IMG/VR virus record: IMGVR_UViG_3300034520_000200
Span: 22,066-86,065 of that record
From: a virus
Reading direction: 5' to 3' (one strand)
DNA length: 64,000 nucleotides
Shown here: positions 47,638-56,721 of the stretch, one piece after another
Position numbering within the stretch: position 1 is the stretch's first letter
How the letters are laid out: the number at the start of each line of letters is the position of its first letter
Translations under genes and position numbers: made by a program
Notes under the pieces: generated by a model
Seen by the model: the letters and a program-made list of their open reading frames with translations, nothing else
Told to the model about the DNA's origin: nothing
The model's database searches: none

Positions 47638-48710
47638 TGGAAAATCAGTTAATTCGAGAAATAAAATACGATATAATAAAAAGAAGGATAGATTTTAGGT
47701 TACTTTTAAAAAAACTTGGAATCGATTATAAAGAAAAGGGAGATGAATTATGGGCTTGTTGTCCATTTCACGATGAGAAAACTCCTTCGTGGTCAATAAA
47801 TAATGATAAAAATTCTACAAAGTTCGGTAAATATAAATGTTTTGGTTGTGGGACAGCAGGTGATTGGATAAATTTAATAAAGTTTGTAAAAGAAATTGAT
47901 ACTGATGAAGCCATAGAATTTGCAAAAGCATTATTTAAAATAAGTTCTGTGAATGAAGATTTATTATACCAATTTACAATTGATGAAAGGCTAGAGACTT
48001 ATGATAATGAAGATGATTTTGAAGGTTTTAAACAAATTGAAATACCTGATGAATTTGAAATAATGACTTTAGATGATTTAAAATCAAAACCATATTGGGA
48101 TTATTTAAAATATCGAAAAATATCTTTTGAAGTAGCTTTAAAACATAAAGTTATGTATTGTAGTAAAATTCCAAAAAATAAGAAGTATCGGATGTTTGTA
48201 AATAGAGTTATATTTCCGATAACAATGGATAATATAATTGTTTCATTTTGTGGAAGGATAATTTTTAGAAGTTACAAAGGTAAACAAAAAGTTGTATATC
48301 CTTCAGGTTCTCCTATATCTAGAATAATGTTTGGTTATGATGATTTAGATTATAATCTTGATTATTGTATAGTTTGCGAAGGTCCTTTTGATAAACTTAG
48401 ATTAGAATCATTAGGTTATAAAAATACGCTTGCAAATTTAGGAAATCAAGTTACTAAGTATAAATATGATATAGTTTCTAATTTCAAAAGGATTTTTGTA
48501 GTACCTGATGCTGATTCAGGTGGTGAAGTATTAGAGCAATATTTTAAAAATTTGAAATATAAAAAAGAAATTTATGTTGTAGATTTACCTGAAGGGGAAG
48601 ATCCTGCAAGTGCAAGTCCTGTTGATATAAGAAAGGCTTTTATTAATTGTAGGAAAATTAATGAGACTTTAAAACCTAAAATTATTGTAGATTATAGAAT
48701 AAGGAGGTAA
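47637..48710 (+). CDS. dnaG: DNA primase
   Basis: CPFHDEKTPS...CFGC zinc finger, R.IFPI, CEGPFD, DAD..G, DP toprim motifs. Confidence 0.92.
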   Translation: MENQLIREIKYDIIKRRIDFRLLLKKLGIDYKEKGDELWACCPFHDEKTPSWSINNDKNSTKFGKYKCFGCGTAGDWINLIKFVKEIDTDEAIEFAKALFKISSVNEDLLYQFTIDERLETYDNEDDFEGFKQIEIPDEFEIMTLDDLKSKPYWDYLKYRKISFEVALKHKVMYCSKIPKNKKYRMFVNRVIFPITMDNIIVSFCGRIIFRSYKGKQKVVYPSGSPISRIMFGYDDLDYNLDYCIVCEGPFDKLRLESLGYKNTLANLGNQVTKYKYDIVSNFKRIFVVPDADSGGEVLEQYFKNLKYKKEIYVVDLPEGEDPASASPVDIRKAFINCRKINETLKPKIIVDYRIRR

Positions 48711-48715
48711 TTTAT

Positions 48716-49123
48716 ATGGAAAATATTGATATGGCTATTTGTGCTGAGATTGCTAAAATAGTTGTTTCTAAAGTATCAGAAGAAGAATTAAAGAAACGCG
48801 CTGAAAGTGTTTTATATCGCATTTCGAATGAAAGTATTGATTATTGGAATAGAAATACACAAGTTGAAGAAATAGCTAAGAGAATATTTCTTAGTAAATT
48901 AGAACAAGAAATAACAAATGCTTTTCAGGATGAAGAATTTAAAAAGAAGTTAAAAAATATGGCTTATATTATACGTGATGAAATTGTGAATGAGACTAAA
49001 AATAAGTTAATTGATCAAATATCTAATAGATTATCAGGATATATAGTAGATCCTTATGGTACTACTACTAATATTATTAATCAAGTTTTTAAGGATGTAT
49101 TAGATAAAAATCGAGGTTATTAA
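48716..49123 (+). CDS. hypothetical helical protein
   Basis: ORF track; AAGGAGG SD. Confidence 0.7.
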   Translation: MENIDMAICAEIAKIVVSKVSEEELKKRAESVLYRISNESIDYWNRNTQVEEIAKRIFLSKLEQEITNAFQDEEFKKKLKNMAYIIRDEIVNETKNKLIDQISNRLSGYIVDPYGTTTNIINQVFKDVLDKNRGY

Positions 49124-49161
49124 ATGTTCAATGTTTTAATATTATATTTATAAAAAGGTTA

Positions 49162-49473
49162 ATGTATGTGCAAGGGGGTGTATTGGTGTTTTGTAAAAAT
49201 TGTTTAAAAGAAATTAAAACAAATTTACGACGAGACGATATTTTAGTTTTAATTGCTTTGAATGAAAAAAATGCATTTAATAATCAGTGTAGTTTAAGTC
49301 GAGAAACAATTCAACAATTAGCAGAATTAACTTTAGCTAGAACTGTCAATAGTTTAATGAGACTTGAATCTTGTTGTTTTGTTGAGAGATCTTTATGGGG
49401 TAAGGTTCACAGATATCATATAACTGAAAACGGAATCGAAATACTAAAAATACTTAATGAGGAGGTGTTATAA
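49162..49473 (+). CDS. winged-helix DNA-binding protein, TubR-like (probable start 49183/49186)
   Basis: LSRETIQQLAELTLARTVNSLMRLE...FVE...YHITENG wHTH; stop overlaps tubZ start. Confidence 0.7.
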   Translation: MYVQGGVLVFCKNCLKEIKTNLRRDDILVLIALNEKNAFNNQCSLSRETIQQLAELTLARTVNSLMRLESCCFVERSLWGKVHRYHITENGIEILKILNEEVL

Positions 49474-50612
49474 TGGGAAAAGTTGCATTTCTTGGGATTG
49501 GACAATGTGGAGGAAATATATGTGATGTAGCTGAAAGACATGGATTTTTAACTGGAGCAATTAATTTATGCAAAGAAGATTTACAATGTTTAAAGTATGT
49601 AAAATCAAAATTATATCTAAACGGATATGGTGCTGGCAAAGATAGATCAGTAGCAATTGAAAAAGTGAAAGAAGATTTTGATAATATTGCTGGATGGATA
49701 TGTAATAATTATAATGATAATGATGTTGAAATAATATATGTAGTATTTTCTTCTGGTGGCGGTACAGGTTCTGGTATTGGTCCAATGATAATTGATTTAA
49801 TGTCTGATATAATGCCTCATAAAAGATGGGGTTCAATTGTTGTTTTACCATTTGAAAATGAGGGACTTTCAGTATATTTAAATACGTTGAAATGTATGGA
49901 GGAATTGACAGAAATAAGAAATTTAGCTTCTGTATTTTTTATTGATAATGCTAAAACATCTAATTTTACGAGATTGAGCAGAAAAAATGTAATTGAATTT
50001 ACAAATAATAATATAATTGAAAATATTAAATATGTTATTGAAGTTACTAAAAATACTAGTAAATTTGGAAATTTTGATATGAAAGATCTTATAAGTATTT
50101 TGTCTGAAAGAGGAAATGTAATAATATCAAAAGTTAATTTACCAGAAAATTACGATCCAAATAAAGTTTCTATACAACAAATGATTGAAAGTGGATTAGA
50201 AATTAATATTTTTACAGATATACAATTTGACAAAGTTATAACTAAAGCAGGAATTATTTATGAAGTAGAAGAACAAATATTTAATTTAATTGACAACAAA
50301 ACAATTTTAAAGAATATAGGAAACCCTGTTGATCTGTTTGAAGGATATTACTTGTCTGGTAAAAATTCAATAACGGTTATTTTGTCTGGAATGACATTTC
50401 CATTTAATACTTTAAAAGAAATTGATGATAGTCTCCAAAATGATCGTGATAAAATTAAAAATACAATTGAGATAGTAAAAACTCAACAGTTTAAGAGTAA
50501 GTCATTTGAATTTATAAATATAGTTCATGATAATAAAAAATCTATAGATTCACAGCAAAACATTACAAAACCCAGTTTAAGTTTAAAGGAAAAGTTGGCT
50601 AAATATAAATAA
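49473..50612 (+). CDS. tubZ: tubulin/FtsZ-family GTPase (TubZ-like)
   Basis: GIGQCGGNI, GAGKD, GGGTGSG signature, LPF.NE, IDN, NFD..D T7 loop. Confidence 0.9.
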   Translation: MGKVAFLGIGQCGGNICDVAERHGFLTGAINLCKEDLQCLKYVKSKLYLNGYGAGKDRSVAIEKVKEDFDNIAGWICNNYNDNDVEIIYVVFSSGGGTGSGIGPMIIDLMSDIMPHKRWGSIVVLPFENEGLSVYLNTLKCMEELTEIRNLASVFFIDNAKTSNFTRLSRKNVIEFTNNNIIENIKYVIEVTKNTSKFGNFDMKDLISILSERGNVIISKVNLPENYDPNKVSIQQMIESGLEINIFTDIQFDKVITKAGIIYEVEEQIFNLIDNKTILKNIGNPVDLFEGYYLSGKNSITVILSGMTFPFNTLKEIDDSLQNDRDKIKNTIEIVKTQQFKSKSFEFINIVHDNKKSIDSQQNITKPSLSLKEKLAKYK

Positions 50613-50679
50613 ATTAATAATTTGAGACAATTTGTTATAATTATATTTGCCATAATAAATATAATAGGGGTGTTAAATA

Positions 50680-50967
50680 ATGATTACTAGTAAAACTACT
50701 CTAGAAGAATTAACTGATGCAGCAATGACTGCAGTAAAATTGTATAAAGATTTAAATAATAATCCCGAAAACAAGAGATATGTAGATGAAGTAACAGACA
50801 GTTCATGGACTAAGTATGATATTATGGTTTTACTTTATATGAAAAGTGAGGCTGATAAACAAGGAATTAAAGTTGAAGAATTATCAGATGAATTTTGTAA
50901 TAAAATTGATGACCATATTGAATATTTTAGGGTATTACTCAAAAAATTTTACGAAAATCTTAGCTGA
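50680..50967 (+). CDS. hypothetical protein
   Basis: ORF track; own TGTTATAAT element near 50633. Confidence 0.65.
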   Translation: MITSKTTLEELTDAAMTAVKLYKDLNNNPENKRYVDEVTDSSWTKYDIMVLLYMKSEADKQGIKVEELSDEFCNKIDDHIEYFRVLLKKFYENLS

Positions 50968-50988
50968 CTTTATGTCAGCTAATTTTTA
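50960..50988 (+). terminator. terminator after 50680..50967
   Basis: ttagctgac / gtcagctaa then T run. Confidence 0.7.
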
Positions 50989-51013
50989 TTATATTTAATT
51001 TTATATTAAGGCA

Positions 51014-51034
51014 ATAAAAAAGCCCGTCTAAGGG
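51014..51034 (-). terminator. terminator of the minus-strand transfer-like operon
   Basis: minus strand gccc-ttagac-gggc-TTTTTTAT. Confidence 0.55.
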
Positions 51035-51055
51035 CCCTCTAAATTATTATTTTTA

Positions 51056-51877
51056 TTATTTTAAATTATATAAATTATTATTTAATGGACTTTGCCAAAT
51101 CTTTCCAGTAATATTTAGTTTGGCTTTTTCATAATCTGTAAATAGAAAAGTTAAATCGCTATTCAAATTTTCTTTAAATATTTTTAATAATTCTTTAGTT
51201 CTTTTTTCATTTGTCGTAACAAATAATGTTATTGGAAATTCTTGAAATTTTTCTAACCATTGCTGGGAAAAATAACATGATTCATAATTTTTTATTTTAT
51301 TTTTGACATAGGTTGAATTCATCGTTCCTCTATCTCTTTCAATGAAAAATATTCTTTCTTTGTTATTTAAAACACAATAAATAGTTGCATCTGGTTCAAG
51401 ATATTTATTATTATAATATATTCTTCCAATTTGTTCAACTACAAATTTTTTGACACTTACATTTTGTTTATGGAAAAATACTCTTATATTCAATGTTTCT
51501 ATAGTATTTTCAATGAATGTAAATGATTGTGGTCCTTTTGGAATCCATTTTAGTTCTGCTTTAGGTATTTCCAATTCTCTTGAAACTAATTCAATTCCAT
51601 TTGGTCCAAGATAAAAATGTTGTGTCGAACTTCTGTTATTATAACTAAACCAGAATTTATTTAATAAATCATTTTTACATAATTTATTTAATCTCCTAAG
51701 TGCAATCAATCGACTATATTTGTTTATTCTTCCAAAATCATCATATTTGAAATATATTTTTTCTATTTGATCTGAATTCAAGATTTTACAGTAGTATAAA
51801 TCAGTAACTATTTGTCTATCTCTTTTTGTTAACCATTTTTCTTTCAATATTGTATCTAAGTTAGTCATCATTGTCAT
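51056..51877 (-). CDS. replication-relaxation (Replic_Relax-like) protein
   Basis: LTKRDRQI..L......QI, RRL.KL, Y.LG..G wHTH followed by PD-(D/E)xK-like EPDA...FFIERDRGT...K...Y, FP..LFVT...R. Confidence 0.85.
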   Translation of the reverse strand: MTMMTNLDTILKEKWLTKRDRQIVTDLYYCKILNSDQIEKIYFKYDDFGRINKYSRLIALRRLNKLCKNDLLNKFWFSYNNRSSTQHFYLGPNGIELVSRELEIPKAELKWIPKGPQSFTFIENTIETLNIRVFFHKQNVSVKKFVVEQIGRIYYNNKYLEPDATIYCVLNNKERIFFIERDRGTMNSTYVKNKIKNYESCYFSQQWLEKFQEFPITLFVTTNEKRTKELLKIFKENLNSDLTFLFTDYEKAKLNITGKIWQSPLNNNLYNLK

Positions 51878-54287
51878 CTCCTAACTGTGCTGCTTTTCCT
51901 AGTTTTTGAATAGGTTTATTTTCAAAATCAACTTTTATAATATTACTATACATATTCATACTTTCTCTGTTATTAATATCTTCTTCGACTAAATCAACTG
52001 GTTTGCCGAATCTATTTTTGAATAAATAAACTAATAATTTTCTGTCATATGTTTCTAATTCTGGTCTCCATAATGACCTGAATATAAAAGGTTCAAGTGG
52101 AGTTTTATTATAATATATTTTTGCTATAAAATGATATGGAGGAAGATGAGAACCATCAGAAGGTGTAAGTGGTTTAATTTCTTCAGAAAATTCTTTAAAT
52201 GTATGTTCTGATTGTTTTCCGAATATTATATGAGGTTTTAAGTCTATTAAAGTTTTTAGCAAATTTTTATCATTTGAATTTATTTGTTTTGGAGTTTGAA
52301 ATAACATGATTGGACATAGTCTATATTTTCTTGCTTTGGCTAACATTTCTTTTGAAGTATCAGTTGTCCCTAAATAATTCTGTGGTTCGTCCATTATTAA
52401 AAAGAATGGTATTCTTTCATCTTCATTCTTTATATTTTCTCTACTAAGTGCAGCAGTCCACCATTTAGTTAGTAGTAACGATGCTAATATACAAGAACAT
52501 TCATAACCAAATATTCCTTCTCCGATTTTTATTATTACTAATTTTCTTTCATCCATTAATTGTCTAAATTTTGGAAGTTTTGAATTTTTCTGACATATAA
52601 TGTTTCTTATTCTTGAATCATCAATTAAAGCATCAATTTTGTTTAAAATTGGTTTTATTGTTTCTTGTTTAACTTTGAATGGCATTGCATTAAATCTTTC
52701 CCAAAAGTCTATATATCGTTTCATATATATTTTATTTTTTATTCTGTTTAATTGATATGTTCTATATTCATCATTTTCAATCATTAATTTTACTTCAAGT
52801 AGTGTATTTCCCGGTTCGTCAAACACGACTGCACTTGCTTTTCTTAGTAAATTTCTACTCATAAAATGACTTTCAATGTTGAAGAAACTTATAAAGAAAT
52901 CTGTCCACATTTTTGTTACAAATTGTGATTGGAATCTGTCATATGAGTTACATTCAGAAAAATCGATTCCTATAGGTTTTGATAAATCATTAAAATCGAG
53001 TATTACAATATCTTTTTCTCTTTCTTTAGGTATTTTAGATATTATTCTATCTGCTGCTTTTCCATCTGACACATCTATAAAACAAAATCCATAATCTAAT
53101 TTTGCTACATCTAAACAGAAATTTTCTGCCATAACACTTTTACCACCGCCAGGGTCTGACATAATAATTATCGGTCTTACTAATGTATCAATATTTTCAG
53201 TATCCCAATAAACTAATCTATCTTCTTTATTCGGTATCACATGATATCCTATTGGTAATTTACCTGAATATAATTTTTTAGGTACTGTCGTATTTTTAAT
53301 GCATAGTCTTTCAAACTTATCAAGACTTACATCATTTTCTTCAGGAAGTCTTATAAAGGATAATTCAGTATTAGTTAATATATTTCCATTTATTCTTATA
53401 ATAGGTACAGTTCTATTTTTGATATGATTATAAATCTTATTAGTGCAATTTATAGAATAAAATTCATTATCATCTGATAGGTTGTTTAATGTTTCTACAA
53501 ATTCATCTAATTTTACACTTGCTTGATATTTATTATTACTTTGAACACCTATTCTTATATATGTTTCATATCCTTTTTTTGATAATTTATCAAATTTACT
53601 TTTTATTGGTTTTATGTCATAATTGACAGTTTCTTCATTTATTTTATTTTCATTGAAGATAGTTGAAAATATTTTATCTAAAATTACTGTAACAAAATTG
53701 AGAATAAATTCAAATATTGAAATGACACCTAAAGTGAAATTGTTTGCATTAATTGGTATTATTCCATTTTTTATATCATCTAATGCTTTTCTTCCTTTTA
53801 TTTTCCATTTATCATCAATAGGTATTATAATAACTTGTAATATTGCTTTTTCATTTTCATTTAAGTTTGTAAATGGAAATAATATTTGTTTAGTATATGG
53901 ATTTTTTATATCTGTTTTGATTGGATAAATAAAATGATGTTTTAGATATAATTCTGTAAATACTGATTTTTCAGTGTCAAAATTAATATAGTCGTTTACT
54001 TCTCTAATAAGAGAATTGGGCCACATAGCCCAAATCTGACTTTTGATAAATTCTTTATATTTTTTGGGTATACAAATATTAAATGTTATTTTATTTTCAT
54101 CTCCAAATATTTCTGCAGATACTGAATTTTGTGGTGTTAATAAAGCTTTAAGTCTTAACTTTCTATTTTCCCAAATTCTTTGTATATATGGTTCATTTAA
54201 TTTGGTAAATATTCCCCAAAAATTTTCGATATTACTGTTATCAATATCTAAAGATGGTACAATTTGTAAAATCATTTTATCATCCAT
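51861..54287 (-). CDS. VirD4/TraD-like coupling ATPase (HerA/FtsK superfamily)
   Basis: Hydrophobic segment near aa 185-210, Walker A SDPGGGKS, FID..DG, PILNKI, Walker B LIMDEPQ, ARKYRL..Q. Confidence 0.85.
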   Translation of the reverse strand: MDDKMILQIVPSLDIDNSNIENFWGIFTKLNEPYIQRIWENRKLRLKALLTPQNSVSAEIFGDENKITFNICIPKKYKEFIKSQIWAMWPNSLIREVNDYINFDTEKSVFTELYLKHHFIYPIKTDIKNPYTKQILFPFTNLNENEKAILQVIIIPIDDKWKIKGRKALDDIKNGIIPINANNFTLGVISIFEFILNFVTVILDKIFSTIFNENKINEETVNYDIKPIKSKFDKLSKKGYETYIRIGVQSNNKYQASVKLDEFVETLNNLSDDNEFYSINCTNKIYNHIKNRTVPIIRINGNILTNTELSFIRLPEENDVSLDKFERLCIKNTTVPKKLYSGKLPIGYHVIPNKEDRLVYWDTENIDTLVRPIIIMSDPGGGKSVMAENFCLDVAKLDYGFCFIDVSDGKAADRIISKIPKEREKDIVILDFNDLSKPIGIDFSECNSYDRFQSQFVTKMWTDFFISFFNIESHFMSRNLLRKASAVVFDEPGNTLLEVKLMIENDEYRTYQLNRIKNKIYMKRYIDFWERFNAMPFKVKQETIKPILNKIDALIDDSRIRNIICQKNSKLPKFRQLMDERKLVIIKIGEGIFGYECSCILASLLLTKWWTAALSRENIKNEDERIPFFLIMDEPQNYLGTTDTSKEMLAKARKYRLCPIMLFQTPKQINSNDKNLLKTLIDLKPHIIFGKQSEHTFKEFSEEIKPLTPSDGSHLPPYHFIAKIYYNKTPLEPFIFRSLWRPELETYDRKLLVYLFKNRFGKPVDLVEEDINNRESMNMYSNIIKVDFENKPIQKLGKAAQLGDDNDD

Positions 54288-54301
54288 TTAATTACCTCCT
54301 A

Positions 54302-55372
54302 TTACAATTTGTTTCTGATATATCTTAATAATGTTCTTTCTCTACTGAATGTCAAAAGATTGATCAGTTGTCTTATAAATCCTGAACTGTCTGGAATTTG
54401 ATGAACTATATTATTTAACCAAATTGGAGTCTTTAACATTACTAGCATTGATGCTATCATTAATAATAATTGATCGAATGGTCCAGAAAATGTTTTAGGT
54501 GGTGCTAGAGATATTGCAATATAAATTGCTAATTGTATTGAATGGATTGTTGGGGTAAATATTAATGTTATTAATTCTTTTAGACAAATCTTAAGAATAT
54601 TTTGGTTTCCTCCTAACCATAAATACATAGCATATGGTGAGAATAGATATATGAAAATTATTTCAAACCATCTTATATAGTAGTAAATTAATAGTCTTAT
54701 TATTAATACAGTAGTTATTATGATAAATACTATGAATAATAAATTTTCTTTTCCAGTACCGATACTTTTAAAAACGTCAATTTTTCCAACAGTACTTGAA
54801 ATTATGAATTTAGTTAATACATTGTTAAATGATATTAATATATTTATTATTTTAGGTATTATTAAAAATAATACGTTAATTGCTATGAATTTATATATTA
54901 ATTCAATGTAATCTATATGATGTCCTAGTAGTGCTATTAATCCTAGGTATGTTAAAAGTATTACAAATAATGAACATATGATTTTTAATCCTGTGTTGTA
55001 TATAGTTCTTATTGTTTTGTTTGTAAGGAATGAAGTATCTGTATATATTATTTTATTAACTAGTGTATCTAATAATTGATCTATAAGTATTGATTTTATA
55101 ATACTTTCATTTGGAGATTCTTTAGATCCTGCATCAAATAAAAACCATTTAATAAATTCAATGAAATTTGGATTATTTTTATCTTCTGATTTAATTTCAT
55201 CTTCTACATTATTTTTGTTTAGGTTATCGAAATAACTGTCATTATTACCAGCTTCAAATAGAAACCATTTTATTCTATCAATTATTGTTGGTTTATCATT
55301 AGCAAAAGTTGTATTTACTATTATAATATTAAAAATAAATATGATTAGGAGGAATATAATAAGTTTTTTCAT
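54302..55372 (-). CDS. polytopic membrane protein, VirB6/TrbL-like
   Basis: Signal peptide ending FA, five to six TM segments, R.FE.....SP and K.P motifs. Confidence 0.7.
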   Translation of the reverse strand: MKKLIIFLLIIFIFNIIIVNTTFANDKPTIIDRIKWFLFEAGNNDSYFDNLNKNNVEDEIKSEDKNNPNFIEFIKWFLFDAGSKESPNESIIKSILIDQLLDTLVNKIIYTDTSFLTNKTIRTIYNTGLKIICSLFVILLTYLGLIALLGHHIDYIELIYKFIAINVLFLIIPKIINILISFNNVLTKFIISSTVGKIDVFKSIGTGKENLLFIVFIIITTVLIIRLLIYYYIRWFEIIFIYLFSPYAMYLWLGGNQNILKICLKELITLIFTPTIHSIQLAIYIAISLAPPKTFSGPFDQLLLMIASMLVMLKTPIWLNNIVHQIPDSSGFIRQLINLLTFSRERTLLRYIRNKL

Positions 55373-55387
55373 ATTTATTCCTCCTTC

Positions 55388-55609
55388 TTATTTAATTTTT
55401 GCTATCATCAAAAATAATGAAGCTAACGCTGGTGCAATACCAATTAATATTACTCCTTTTAATGTGTTACTGATTTGTTTCCAAGCTATATGTTCACGTC
55501 CTGCAATGAATAATAGACCGCAAAATGTTAGAACTAAAATCACAAAACTTGCTGTAATTTGAATAATAATTGATCTTGTATTATAAATAATACTATTTAT
55601 TTCAGACAT
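55388..55609 (-). CDS. VirB2/TrbC pilin-like small membrane protein
   Basis: 73 aa, two hydrophobic helices around AG.E..AW..I....G..LI..AP; AAGGAGG SD. Confidence 0.7.
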   Translation of the reverse strand: MSEINSIIYNTRSIIIQITASFVILVLTFCGLLFIAGREHIAWKQISNTLKGVILIGIAPALASLFLMIAKIK

Positions 55610-55880
55610 AATATCCCTCCTTTCTTTTGCTTTTTGGTTTTTTTGGTAATATAATATTATAATTATTGTGTCATAAAAATTAATAATTCATGATATTTTT
55701 TATTAATTTTTGTTAAAAAATTGATATTATTAAATATAATTATTGATGTGGAAAAATTAACCATAAGGGAAAATTTTTAAAAAAAGACATAAAATTATTT
55801 ATTTAGATGTAATGTTGTAATAAAATAAAAATTGTGGTAATAAAATTATAATTTAATAAAATTTAAGGGAGAGGAGAAAC

Positions 55881-56630
55881 TTGAATAATGATTTAATTGG
55901 AAAATTGAATTCAAAGACGAAACTGATGCTTAAGTTTAAAAGAACAATGAATCAAGAAATATTTGAGGAATTATATAATGACAGAGAAATTAGAAAATTA
56001 TTTATGAGTATGTCTCGTAAAAATATTAATAACTGTCCTACAACTTTATATGATTGTGATGATTTACTATCTGTTGCGTACATAGAAATGTGGCGTTCTA
56101 TTATTAATTATAAATTCATTTGTCCAATATGTCATATAAGGGCTTTAACAGAAAAAGCCTACAAAAAACATATGAAGAAAAAACATAAGAAATATTTGGA
56201 ACCAGATCCAACTATAAGTAAATATGTATTATATAATGTTGGAGTTTATTTACAAAACAGAATTCGTGACGAATATAATATAAAACGTATGAGTAATCAT
56301 AGTTTTAATCAAATCAATTTATTTTCACCTGAAGAAGAAGATGATATTAAATCAAAGCGTGAAATTGAATATTCAGAATATTTGATACAACAGGATAGTG
56401 ATTTTCAAGATGAAATAATGTTTAAGGTACTTGTTGATGATGTGCTTAAAGACGAGGATGAAATTACAAAAGATATTTTTAATGCTTATATAAAAGGTTA
56501 TAGAAAAAGTGATATAGCTGAAGATTTATATAAAAAAGGTATATATTTAACGAAGCAATCAGCAGCTGTTATAGTTTCAAGGAAAATACGAGATATAATC
56601 AGTAAATTTTCAAATAAAATCAATAAATAG
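55881..56630 (+). CDS. sigma-70-family (SigH-like) phage sigma factor with inserted C2H2 zinc finger
   Basis: FEELY, DDLLSVAYIEMWRSIINY and ISKYV...L.N.IR region-2 patterns; GY.KSDIAEDL region-4 HTH. Confidence 0.75.
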   Translation: MNNDLIGKLNSKTKLMLKFKRTMNQEIFEELYNDREIRKLFMSMSRKNINNCPTTLYDCDDLLSVAYIEMWRSIINYKFICPICHIRALTEKAYKKHMKKKHKKYLEPDPTISKYVLYNVGVYLQNRIRDEYNIKRMSNHSFNQINLFSPEEEDDIKSKREIEYSEYLIQQDSDFQDEIMFKVLVDDVLKDEDEITKDIFNAYIKGYRKSDIAEDLYKKGIYLTKQSAAVIVSRKIRDIISKFSNKINK

Positions 56631-56721
56631 AAAAATTTTGCATTTTGATGTTTAAATTAAAAAAAATGATGATATAATATATTTTGATAAATAAAATGCA
56701 AATTAAAAAGGAGGAAATTTA

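Noticed and set aside
49473-50612. Tubulin as evidence of a nucleus-forming jumbo phage (PhuZ)
   Set aside because: Coupled to a wHTH TubR-like gene, no chimallin or multisubunit RNAP recognised, modest tape measure
52876-55562. Several short plus-strand ORFs opposite the transfer-like operon
   Set aside because: Antisense shadows without SD or recognisable motifs
55610-55880. Sporulation-sigma (sigF/G/E/K) promoter for the transfer-like operon
   Set aside because: Only weak partial matches in very AT-rich DNA; cannot be supported without TSS data
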